DNA of 64,000 nt. Origin: an uncultured virus (IMG/VR IMGVR_UViG_3300034375_009390). Lineage: Duplodnaviria > Heunggongvirae > Uroviricota > Caudoviricetes. The stretch's first letter is position 1. Every line of letters begins with the position of its first letter. Positions 55,930-64,000 of this stretch are shown one piece after another. Where the stretch lies: the IMG/VR virus record IMGVR_UViG_3300034375_009390; one strand, written 5' to 3'. The translations under genes and the position numbers were made by a program. Below the pieces are notes generated by a model that did not search any database, was not told the origin of the DNA, and worked only from the letters and a program-made list of their open reading frames with translations.

Positions 55930-56841
55930 TCAGGCGTTGTCCAGGAACAGAAGCTTAGAACGGAAAGCTTCAGGACCCATGTTGGAAAGATAACGCCAAG
56001 CGTTCTCCGGGTTCTGGTTCATCACCTGGCTGAAGTTCTGCCACTGAGAATCAGCATCAGGGGAAGGGGCACCGGCCACGGCGGAAGCGGGCACGGCGGG
56101 AACCTGATCGTACTGAGGGTTGTACTGCTGAGCAGGTTGTTGATCGTCTACAGGATACACTTCAGTGAAGAAACGGTTGGTATAGTCAGCTAAGTGATCA
56201 GGGTCAGTCAGGATAGCTTCCATTGCAGCCCCGCGATTGGAAACGTCCTCTAACACTTGATGCTGCTGAATCAGAGCATCTTCGAGCACGGTGGCGTACT
56301 GGTTGAGAATACCAGGAGCCTCGATACCGAAGTGATTAACGACGGCGGTTGTTTCGGGACTTAGGCTTGGAGCCTGTTGTTCCGTAGAAGTCGGATAAGA
56401 AGTTTGGGTCGTAGACCCGTTGTTGTAGGAGGTCGGCTGAGCCGTAGGGGCTTGGTAAGCCCACGGTTGGGCCTGTGAAAGCTGACTGAGTTGTTGAATA
56501 TCCGCCGCCGTCAGTTGGGGTTGCGCTGACGGTGCTGTCTGGCTGGGCGACGGGGAGAGCCGGGACACGATCCGGTCCAAGCTGCCTAGCGCTGCTTCCC
56601 ACGGGTTGTTCGGGGAGGAGACGGACGGAGACTGGTTGTACTGGTTGTTGGTAGAAGGGGCCGTAGCCTGTTGTGCCTGCGACGGCGCTTGGGGCATAGT
56701 CGCCGAAGGCACCGCCTGGGTACTGGCCACCCATTGCGGGTAGGCGGTTGAACCCTGGTCCGCCGCCGGGGCCGCCGCCTGTGGGGCTGCTACCGCCGGG
56801 GAGACCGGGCTCGGGATCGAAGCTGGGATCTGCTGGCTCAT
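55930..56841 (-). CDS. Putative scaffolding protein
   Basis: P/Q/A/S-rich N-half, helical C-half; between portal and MCP. Confidence 0.6.
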   Translation of the reverse strand: MSQQIPASIPSPVSPAVAAPQAAAPAADQGSTAYPQWVASTQAVPSATMPQAPSQAQQATAPSTNNQYNQSPSVSSPNNPWEAALGSLDRIVSRLSPSPSQTAPSAQPQLTAADIQQLSQLSQAQPWAYQAPTAQPTSYNNGSTTQTSYPTSTEQQAPSLSPETTAVVNHFGIEAPGILNQYATVLEDALIQQHQVLEDVSNRGAAMEAILTDPDHLADYTNRFFTEVYPVDDQQPAQQYNPQYDQVPAVPASAVAGAPSPDADSQWQNFSQVMNQNPENAWRYLSNMGPEAFRSKLLFLDNA

Positions 56842-58573
56842 AGCTGCCCGAGTAAGTCAGTTCTTGCGCGAGGTGGTCAAACGTCCTATAAAGTAAGGGC
56901 GTTAGGTTTAGCCGTGGATCAGCCGCTAATGGCTGATTAGGGGCTAAAGGATGCGGGGCTTGTAGCATCTGGTTCAATAGTAGCAAGAATTGCTGCATTG
57001 CGCCCTGCGTTTGTTGAATCATTCGGAAAGGGAATCCCTTCAACATTTCCGAACGTTCTAGATCGGTTTTATCCGGGAACAAATACTTCAGAGCTTCGAC
57101 ACTATCTACTCCGAGCTCTTGTAAGTTCCGGACTACGATTGACTTTTGGTTGATGTCGTACGCAGTATCTTCGTACACATCGCCTTGGAATCTGTAAGTT
57201 ACGGTTCGGTCACCGTCAGGAGGTAAACCGAAAACACCACGCGGAACTTTGTTATCCGCGAGCGCAGCCTGGATCGCTAAATCAACATTTTCTTCATACT
57301 TCGTAAGTTTGTTTTGGTACTTAAGAAGAGTTTCTTCGGTTTGTTCTTCCGGTTCTTTCGGCGGGGTAAGACCCATAACCGAAATAAAGCTCTCGCGGAA
57401 AATTTGCTCCTGATGGTACAGGATCATTTCCAACAAACGGCAAAAGCCGTACGTCAGAAAACTCTTATTTTTACGAAGGGCAGTCGCTTGAGCACGACCC
57501 ATAAGCCCTTTAATCTCTGTTGCAGTGGCTCCGGCGCTAATTGATATTTCGTCAACGCCGCCCAAGGCTGTTCTGATTTCTTCCCGTAATAAGAGTGCAT
57601 ACCGGTTCATGTCTCCGTTAACGGGGTCTGGAGTCATATAGCCCACGCGGTCGGAGGGCTCTACGTTCGCGATGATCCGAGGAACTCGCAGACCACCTAA
57701 ACCAGACTGCGAACCAAAAGGCTCGGAAACACGAGTTGACGGGGAGTCAATACCAGCAAAACCGCTTTGACTGCTGATCGTCGGACGGAAAGTACGATCA
57801 GCATCCGAAGCTTCGACCAGATCACTACGGGGACGCGAACTGATGAGCGTGGGATTACCAAAGAACTCAATGTTCTTGGAGATGTTCTGCATCATCTGAT
57901 CGTGCAGAACAATCTGTTGCATGAAGGGCTCAAACTCCCCTTCACCTTCAGTACCACTGGCGTTCGGTTTGTTTAAAACCTCGACAGCAGGGATAAACCC
58001 AAGAGTGTTCGGACGGCTATTTTTTGGAGTAATTAAGGAGCCGGGCTCAAGCTCAAAGCTCAGTTCACTATTAGCTTCATATTCTGTGATTTTATCGTTG
58101 GTAATCGAGATTCGAACGTAACGCTTGTTTTGGCCTTGAGTTTCAGCAGGTAGACCAATAGCGCTATTACGAATCTTATAACTGTAAATGATTACAACTT
58201 CTTCGATCTCGCCATTAATGTCGTGATAAACACGATATTGATTTTTGTTAAAGAAGTAAATCTGATATTTCAGTTTTGGATCAGGTCTGAAATAGAACAG
58301 ACCACAGCCGTCGATCAAAAAATTACGAATGATCGAAGGAAATCGGATATCCAGACGATTCAGCTGGATAAGATCTTCTAAAAACTTGGTGCGGGCCTTG
58401 TAAGTATCCTGCTCGCAGTAGAAAAACAGACCTTTTTTCATCATCAGCAGCGTCATTTGCTGCAGATGACTAAGGACAACCATAGTCGCAGATTGTTTGC
58501 TGCGATCCTGAGTTCTAGAAGCTTCTAGAATCTCATTAAACCGCTGCCGTACGCTTAGGTTGTCCGCAGGCAT
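56336..58573 (-). CDS. Putative portal protein with long C-terminal extension
   Basis: 745 aa; NTLGFIPAVE, FFGNP; lies between terminase and capsid. Confidence 0.7.
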   Translation of the reverse strand: MPADNLSVRQRFNEILEASRTQDRSKQSATMVVLSHLQQMTLLMMKKGLFFYCEQDTYKARTKFLEDLIQLNRLDIRFPSIIRNFLIDGCGLFYFRPDPKLKYQIYFFNKNQYRVYHDINGEIEEVVIIYSYKIRNSAIGLPAETQGQNKRYVRISITNDKITEYEANSELSFELEPGSLITPKNSRPNTLGFIPAVEVLNKPNASGTEGEGEFEPFMQQIVLHDQMMQNISKNIEFFGNPTLISSRPRSDLVEASDADRTFRPTISSQSGFAGIDSPSTRVSEPFGSQSGLGGLRVPRIIANVEPSDRVGYMTPDPVNGDMNRYALLLREEIRTALGGVDEISISAGATATEIKGLMGRAQATALRKNKSFLTYGFCRLLEMILYHQEQIFRESFISVMGLTPPKEPEEQTEETLLKYQNKLTKYEENVDLAIQAALADNKVPRGVFGLPPDGDRTVTYRFQGDVYEDTAYDINQKSIVVRNLQELGVDSVEALKYLFPDKTDLERSEMLKGFPFRMIQQTQGAMQQFLLLLNQMLQAPHPLAPNQPLAADPRLNLTPLLYRTFDHLAQELTYSGSYEPADPSFDPEPGLPGGSSPTGGGPGGGPGFNRLPAMGGQYPGGAFGDYAPSAVAGTTGYGPFYQQPVQPVSVRLLPEQPVGSSARQLGPDRVPALPVAQPDSTVSATPTDGGGYSTTQSAFTGPTVGLPSPYGSADLLQQRVYDPNFLSDFYGTTGSKPKSRNNRRR

Positions 58574-58592
58574 CGACGTTTTCCTTTATGAC

Positions 58593-58745
58593 TCAGCGAG
58601 AACCAGCTTCTCGCTCCTTTGTACGCATCATACGAGCTTTCCGTGCTTTACGGACAGCTTCACGACGGACTTCGTTACGCTCAGAACCCTCTTTCTCACC
58701 GCCGCCTTGTTTACCAGCCATCGGCTTTTTGATCTGTTCCGTCAT
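58593..58745 (-). CDS. 50-aa basic protein (not in track)
   Basis: MTEQIKKPMAGK..VRKARKARMMR. Confidence 0.5.
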   Translation of the reverse strand: MTEQIKKPMAGKQGGGEKEGSERNEVRREAVRKARKARMMRTKEREAGSR

Positions 58746-58749
58746 GAGA

Positions 58750-59592
58750 TCAGCCATTGGGAAGTAGATACTCGCGTACTCTTTCTATTTTAAACAGCTC
58801 AGCGGGTAAAAGCTCATGCGGATAGGGTTCCAAAATGTGGTCTTTTCGACCTAATGGATCATTCCCTCCCGCTGTAGCTTTGTACGCATCTAAATAGTCC
58901 AGCATTTCTTGACTGTATGCAGGAGCGTGGGCGTAAGGAATATCGTCATAACAGTGAGAGAACGATGTAAGCTTACGCTTCATCCGAGCTGGGTCTCCCA
59001 TCCAAGAAAAATGCCAACCTGCGTCACAGTCTCCGTAAACGAGATCGTTGGGATTTTTACGAATTTCAGAAAGAGTCTGATCTAAGTGCTCGTGGAGAAC
59101 AACTGTCCCGCAAGTCCAATTAGTAGGTGGTTTGGACGTATCACGCTTGGGGTCAACCACGCGGAGATCGGCACGTCCATAGAACATTGGCATTGATAAC
59201 CGGACGCAACGAGTGGGGTCCTGTTTTGCTAGATCGACTGCAGCTAAAAGGGCGTCTGGCTTAGGAATTTCGTCAACATCGCTGAAGAAAAACACTGAGT
59301 CCGGGGGTGTCATCCGCATACCCACGGCCAGCGCATCGCGTTGTGAATATTCACGAACCCAGGGATTCGGGGCGATGTCCGGAGGAGGTAGTTCTACGTG
59401 AAGAACTTGAATCTTTTCCTCAGGAAGACCCAGTGCACGGATTGTTTCTACGCACGTAAAGTCTTTCTTCTCCCCCTTAAACGTCCTGTCCGCATCCGTA
59501 ATAATAAACCCATCTACAATATCTTTAAGAATATTGACGCGGAGCTCTAAAAGCTCTTTTTCGTCGAAGTACAAAAAGCAGTCAAACAGCAC
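58750..59592 (-). CDS. GT17-like glycosyltransferase
   Basis: DCFLYFDE.ELLELR, TFKGEKK, REYSQRD, SDVDEIP, GWHFSW. Confidence 0.85.
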   Translation of the reverse strand: MLFDCFLYFDEKELLELRVNILKDIVDGFIITDADRTFKGEKKDFTCVETIRALGLPEEKIQVLHVELPPPDIAPNPWVREYSQRDALAVGMRMTPPDSVFFFSDVDEIPKPDALLAAVDLAKQDPTRCVRLSMPMFYGRADLRVVDPKRDTSKPPTNWTCGTVVLHEHLDQTLSEIRKNPNDLVYGDCDAGWHFSWMGDPARMKRKLTSFSHCYDDIPYAHAPAYSQEMLDYLDAYKATAGGNDPLGRKDHILEPYPHELLPAELFKIERVREYLLPNG

Positions 59593-59616
59593 AGCAACAC
59601 TGAAGCTGTCAGTATA

Positions 59617-59946
59617 TTAACGCATACTAGGGGTGACGTTACCGTTACCGGCACGAACAGCTTGAGAAGATTCGGCAGCCCGTCGGTTCGCTCGCGTCTT
59701 CTGCATCAACTCTTGTTTGATGTCTTCCATCGGGTCCCCTGTGGGCTGGAAGCCTTCTTCAAACACACCATAAGGCGCGTTCATAGGGGGTACAGGAGCG
59801 TTATACGCTTGATCCTCTATCTGACTTGTATACTCGTCGCTACGCATACTGGCTCGTTGAGCCTTCATCTGACGACGAGCCGCAACTTCCTGCGCATTAA
59901 AAGCGCGGGTGAACAAATCGCCGGCTTCGAGGAAGGGATCAGCCAT
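59617..59946 (-). CDS. Hypothetical protein
   Basis: Start at MADPF, overlapping the upstream stop. Confidence 0.6.
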   Translation of the reverse strand: MADPFLEAGDLFTRAFNAQEVAARRQMKAQRASMRSDEYTSQIEDQAYNAPVPPMNAPYGVFEEGFQPTGDPMEDIKQELMQKTRANRRAAESSQAVRAGNGNVTPSMR

Positions 59947-60163
59947 CTTTAGAAGTCTTTCTTCTAATGTACTCGGAAGCACGACGCCTTGCTTCGCGTG
60001 CTTTGTCCGTATTGGCGACTTGTGTATTTACAGGTTTGTTACCCGACGTAGCTCGTTTTTTCTTTTCGTCGGTCGCACGACGCTCTTCCGCACTAAGCGA
60101 AGCCCACGCTGCTCGTGGTAGGTACCGCTCGGTTCTTCCTTTCTCGCGTGCTTTATCAGCCAA
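59939..60163 (-). CDS. Basic protein, C-half of a DUF5872-like family
   Basis: ERYLPRAAW.SLS.EE..ATD.KK, VANT.KA. Confidence 0.65.
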   Translation of the reverse strand: MADKAREKGRTERYLPRAAWASLSAEERRATDEKKKRATSGNKPVNTQVANTDKAREARRRASEYIRRKTSKDG

Positions 60164-60359
60164 GGGTCCCCATCATCGCTTTAGCAGCTGCTGCCCGAGC
60201 AAGCATTTCGTTTTTCAGCGGGTTCACCAGACCTTGGGCGATTGCGTCGGTACTAGATTTGCTTTTGATCGCTTTGATCAAATCCTTAGCATCGCCGAGC
60301 ACCCTCTCTCGGAAAGTAGTACCGCCCGACAGGTAATTAACGAGGTCTGAAGCATCCAT
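60156..60359 (-). CDS. Hypothetical protein
   Basis: 67 aa between the two half-genes. Confidence 0.55.
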   Translation of the reverse strand: MDASDLVNYLSGGTTFRERVLGDAKDLIKAIKSKSSTDAIAQGLVNPLKNEMLARAAAAKAMMGTLG

Positions 60360-60361
60360 GA

Positions 60362-60592
60362 TTAGTCTTTTTTAGACTTTTCGTATTCTTCGCGTGTTTG
60401 CCAGTCTTCTTTGGACCAACGGCTCAAACGATTCGAAGAAGACTTTTTACCTTCGTAGGTTCCGCCCGCTTCTTTATAGTACTTGGTTGCAAGCTGCATC
60501 GCTCGCGCAGAGTGGCCTCCTAATTTTTTACGAGCTTTAGCTTTAGCTGCTGCCCACTTCTTAGGATCTCTTTTTTTAGCGATTTCAGCCAT
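60362..60592 (-). CDS. Basic protein, N-half of a DUF5872-like family
   Basis: SARAMQLA...YKEAGG.Y, LSRWSKEDWQT. Confidence 0.65.
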   Translation of the reverse strand: MAEIAKKRDPKKWAAAKAKARKKLGGHSARAMQLATKYYKEAGGTYEGKKSSSNRLSRWSKEDWQTREEYEKSKKD

Positions 60593-60879
60593 CAGTACAG
60601 CACAAATACGCCTTCAACATCACCACTGATTAAAGCGGTACACGAGAGAGGATATAAAACATCCCCCGCTAGGTTGCCCGCCACGGCGATTTGGCCCGGA
60701 GCATCCGAAAGCTCTACGGCAAGGTAACCTTTGCCGGATGAAGAACGTGACTGAATAAAAATCGCGCGACAAGCCGGAAAGTTGATTCGACCGTTACCGG
60801 AAACTACCGCGCCAAAACCACTGGTATAAGGGAGACTGGCTGTCTGCCCGTAGATAGACCCAAACGCCCTTACGTCCAT
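60592..60879 (-). CDS. Small beta-rich virion-like protein
   Basis: 95 aa; CRAIFI; SG-rich. Confidence 0.6.
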   Translation of the reverse strand: MDVRAFGSIYGQTASLPYTSGFGAVVSGNGRINFPACRAIFIQSRSSSGKGYLAVELSDAPGQIAVAGNLAGDVLYPLSCTALISGDVEGVFVLY

Positions 60880-60907
60880 GAGTGATCTGTTTTCCTACAT
60901 TATAGGT

Positions 60908-61189
60908 TCACTGTTCGCTCTCTTCGATCAATCGGTCCAGATACCACCTAGCTTTTTTCAGGTCCTGAACTTTGTTTTTATGCTCTGTTCGCCAAAGGTA
61001 CTTAATGATATTGCCGCGACAGTAACTTTTAAAACCCTCGAAACCTAAAGCGGCTTTAAGAGCCTCGATGCACTCAATACCACCTTGAGTGTAGTGTGCT
61101 GGGTGATTTACAGGATCGTTAAGCTGGGTTGAACCAGTAGATTGTGCCTCGTTCACGTTCAACGAATCGTCGAAGTCGATACGCGTCAT
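60908..61189 (-). CDS. DUF3310 / T7 gp1.7-like protein
   Basis: DPVNHPAHY..GIECIE, GNIIKY.WR, DLKKARWYL. Confidence 0.85.
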   Translation of the reverse strand: MTRIDFDDSLNVNEAQSTGSTQLNDPVNHPAHYTQGGIECIEALKAALGFEGFKSYCRGNIIKYLWRTEHKNKVQDLKKARWYLDRLIEESEQ

Positions 61190-61269
61190 CTCGAAATAAA
61201 GTCTGTTGGTAGTTTTGACCGTTCAGAACATAACACACTGAGACATAGTGTGCACCTCGTTGGGCCATT

Positions 61270-62169
61270 TTACAGAGTAAACATATGTTCACAGTCTATC
61301 AAACTACTGGATTTATCAAGAAGTTTTTCAGTGTACTTAGTGTCATCATGTTTAATCAAGCAAGATTCATGAGGCATATACTTACCATCTTTCTCCACCA
61401 CAGGAATCCAGCGACGATGCTCGTGGCCAGCCGGAATATCCTCGAACGCCAAACCCATCGAGCTTCGGTCCGCTAAAGGCCAATTACGGATGCCGACGAG
61501 CTCATAGCTCTTCATAGGGTCCATACTCTGACTCTTAACGTACTTAACAGCATCTTGTTGATCTAAAATCATAGCTCCGTAATATGGATTGGATACCTGC
61601 GCAAAGAACTTAATCTCCGGATCGACAACAAGCATCTTTTTAACTTCAAAACCGATGTTATGCCAAACGTTCGGCGTCTTTCGTGTCAACGAAAACGTGT
61701 GGTAGTTATCAAAGGGGATTTTGAGGTCCCCGTACTCCTCGTATCGGACAAAACCCGGCTCAAAACCCGCTGCACTTAACCTGTTTTTCCATCTAAACCA
61801 ATATTTTAAATTTTCGTAAGTCAATATCATGTCATTTTCTTGGTAAATGTAAAAATCAGCGGTGTAGTTCATACACGCCAACACCAAATCTGTTTTATGT
61901 GCCCACGTGAGCTCCCAACCGTGAAATTCGGGACCACAAACCTTGATTTCGATATCTAAATTCGATAGATACGGATCTAGAATACTTTTTAACGTCTCTA
62001 CGTCCCCTTCTGATTCATAATCTACGTAAATATTTATTTTTACCTCTAGTTCATACTCTAAATAAGCACGAATAGTGTTAACTAGCGAATTTATACGTTT
62101 TAAAGGCTGGTGAGCCGTTATTGCGACCCAGACACGTGACCCAGCGAGCGTGGAAGTGTGAGTTTTCAT
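61270..62169 (-). CDS. Putative GT-A glycosyltransferase
   Basis: VWVAITAH, LTWAHK, FYIYQENDM (DxD-like), PYYGAMIL. Confidence 0.6.
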   Translation of the reverse strand: MKTHTSTLAGSRVWVAITAHQPLKRINSLVNTIRAYLEYELEVKINIYVDYESEGDVETLKSILDPYLSNLDIEIKVCGPEFHGWELTWAHKTDLVLACMNYTADFYIYQENDMILTYENLKYWFRWKNRLSAAGFEPGFVRYEEYGDLKIPFDNYHTFSLTRKTPNVWHNIGFEVKKMLVVDPEIKFFAQVSNPYYGAMILDQQDAVKYVKSQSMDPMKSYELVGIRNWPLADRSSMGLAFEDIPAGHEHRRWIPVVEKDGKYMPHESCLIKHDDTKYTEKLLDKSSSLIDCEHMFTL

Positions 62170-63689
62170 CAGTACTCGATTGAAAAGTTGCCGCGACGCT
62201 GTAGAAATGTAATCAACCAAGTGTACGCGTCTAACAAATCGTCATGAGCTGTAGCACCAACGTTGATCAACTGGTCAAAGAGGCCATCAAACTTACGATA
62301 TTTGTTAAAAGTCACCTTTTTATTCTCTAACAACCCGAGAGTGCCTCTAAATCTAGCAATTTTATCCCCTCGGAAACCCTTGACTTCGTGAATATGGAGG
62401 TTACTAAGGCCACGCTCGTTCAAAAGTACGCGGCGGAGGTCTGCTGCGAGGGATGCTTGGTAGGCAACAGACTCAACTACAAGCGTAATCGTGGAATATG
62501 TCGGGAAAAATTGCCCATCTTGCTGAGCTAAAATTCCCCACTCCAGCAGCATATCGCACAGCATGTCTATTTTTTCAAGATTTCCGATAGATCGACACTG
62601 ATGTGCATCAATAATGTAGTAATTGTCTTTAAGACGACCACCTAACACAAAAGCTGTGTAATCGCTTGTCTCGTTTTTACTCGCTGAGAGGTCAATACCT
62701 ACCGCCAAACTGTCGAACTCGGTAACAACTTCACCCTTAATAAGTAGATCTGGCGACACAACCAAGTCGGAGGTCATCACGGGCTGTTGTTGATACTGAT
62801 ACGCGAACGCAACAGGGTCAAGCTCCTTCTGACCGAGCAGATAATCGGCGCTCCACTGTTCTGGCCAATAGCTGACAGGTTCGCCACGATCGTCGTACGT
62901 AATGGCTTCCTGCGTTACTTGTTTCCACCCTTTCTCCGGAATGAACATCGTTTTATGGATGTCCAACGGATGGAACCGAGTTCCAAGACAAATTGATCGG
63001 CCACCCTCAAAAATAATCGGCGCGATCACAGAGCTCCAGTTGTTATTCATCTCATCCCTAATAGCAGGGTTTTTAATATCTGCACTCGACTTAATAGGGT
63101 CATCTACGATAACAATATGAGCACGTTTTGACGTAATAGAGCCGCGGAGTCCGGCAGCACGCAACGTAAACTCTTCGTCACCGAGCCTAGGGATACCGGC
63201 ATAGTCAAAGTCGATCGACCAACCGATGTCAGACTGCATACCCGAACGCAGTTTGACACGAGGAAATACTTTACGATACTCAGGAGAATCAATAATTTGC
63301 TTGATAATACGGCTCTTAGGGATAGCTGTAGCAATGTTGTACGAGCAGTAAATAATTTGGAGAGGTCTTTTTGCAGTCGTGTGTCGTCCGATAATCCACG
63401 CGGTGAACAAGTTGAGCACAGTCGATTTCGCTGAACCCCTTGGCGCGAGGATGTCAAGATTTTGTCCAGCGATATCTAGCAAGTATTTGTTGGACTCCCC
63501 GGTAATCAAATGACGGTGCCACTCCAACATATGACGTGCAGGAGTTTTGTCTAAAATAGTACAGAACGTATGGAAATCGTTAGCTGCTCTAGTGTATATG
63601 GTATCTACTGTGCCGTCGTTTTTTTCCGAAGCTTTTTTGGCTTGAAGCTGAGCGCTGCGGCGGTAAGCGAAAGAGGCACGGCTAGGCAT
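62169..63689 (-). CDS. terL: Terminase large subunit
   Basis: Walker A APRGSAKST, Walker B IVIVDD, GTRFH, nuclease GIDLS..DYTA, HDDLLDA. Confidence 0.93.
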   Translation of the reverse strand: MPSRASFAYRRSAQLQAKKASEKNDGTVDTIYTRAANDFHTFCTILDKTPARHMLEWHRHLITGESNKYLLDIAGQNLDILAPRGSAKSTVLNLFTAWIIGRHTTAKRPLQIIYCSYNIATAIPKSRIIKQIIDSPEYRKVFPRVKLRSGMQSDIGWSIDFDYAGIPRLGDEEFTLRAAGLRGSITSKRAHIVIVDDPIKSSADIKNPAIRDEMNNNWSSVIAPIIFEGGRSICLGTRFHPLDIHKTMFIPEKGWKQVTQEAITYDDRGEPVSYWPEQWSADYLLGQKELDPVAFAYQYQQQPVMTSDLVVSPDLLIKGEVVTEFDSLAVGIDLSASKNETSDYTAFVLGGRLKDNYYIIDAHQCRSIGNLEKIDMLCDMLLEWGILAQQDGQFFPTYSTITLVVESVAYQASLAADLRRVLLNERGLSNLHIHEVKGFRGDKIARFRGTLGLLENKKVTFNKYRKFDGLFDQLINVGATAHDDLLDAYTWLITFLQRRGNFSIEY

Positions 63690-63743
63690 ATCAATAAACT
63701 GACAGTACTGCTATATTGATTGTACTAGAAACTCAAACCAAGC

Positions 63744-64000
63744 ATGACGAAAATTCTTTGGTACGGAGATGCTTGCAGTAACACAGGATTCGGTCGTGTA
63801 ACACATAGTGTTCTGGAACATTTAAGTAAAGATTATGAAGTGTGCGTTTTAGGTATTAATTACACGGGGGATCCGCACTCGCATCCCTACAAAATCTACC
63901 CAGCCGGTGCGGGTGGCTCCCAGGATAGGTTTGGAATCAACAGAATCCCGGAGATCCTACAAAAAGAAAAACCCGATGTCGTTATCTGTCTGAACGATAT
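63744..64000 (+). CDS. GT4-like glycosyltransferase (partial)
   Basis: Hand-translated MTKILWYGDACSNTGFGRVTHSVL...EKPDVVICLND; runs off the window. Confidence 0.75.
   Translation, partial: MTKILWYGDACSNTGFGRVTHSVLEHLSKDYEVCVLGINYTGDPHSHPYKIYPAGAGGSQDRFGINRIPEILQKEKPDVVICLND

Noticed and set aside
1..64000. tRNA, rRNA, self-splicing introns, inteins, HIP1 enrichment
   Set aside because: None recognised by eye; polymerase, terminase and thyX look uninterrupted. CGATCG seems frequent but I could not count it reliably.

Overview
64 kb from a large tailed dsDNA phage. The host is probably a cyanobacterium (inferred from gene families and -10-only promoters; not provable here). 1-12.4 kb is replication: family A DNA polymerase, SSB-like protein, PD-(D/E)XK exonuclease and D5/P4-type primase-helicase. 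Then come thyX, lysis genes, a large tail-fibre/receptor-binding region (15-38 kb), regulators, a muramidase, dps, and the head module (major capsid, scaffold, portal, terminase) interleaved with three glycosyltransferase-like genes. About seven HNH genes are scattered through it. Main finding: a palindromic 15-bp site, TAG-N9-CTA, follows each of ten consecutive small accessory ORFs (24.65-27.3 kb). The same site lies in one fixed reading frame at module junctions inside two oppositely oriented tail-fibre genes, which share an identical 19-bp copy. This looks like an undescribed cassette/shuffling system for fibre modules and accessory genes; I recognise no recombinase in the window. Other findings: Ser-Gly enrichment in virion proteins beside the glycosyltransferases (possible glycosylation sequon), a 5' leader RNA architecture shared by three loci, a 506-nt portal/scaffold dual-coding overlap, a peptide copying the capsid N-terminus, and several apparently catalytically dead enzymes. 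All family calls are by motif recognition, not database search.
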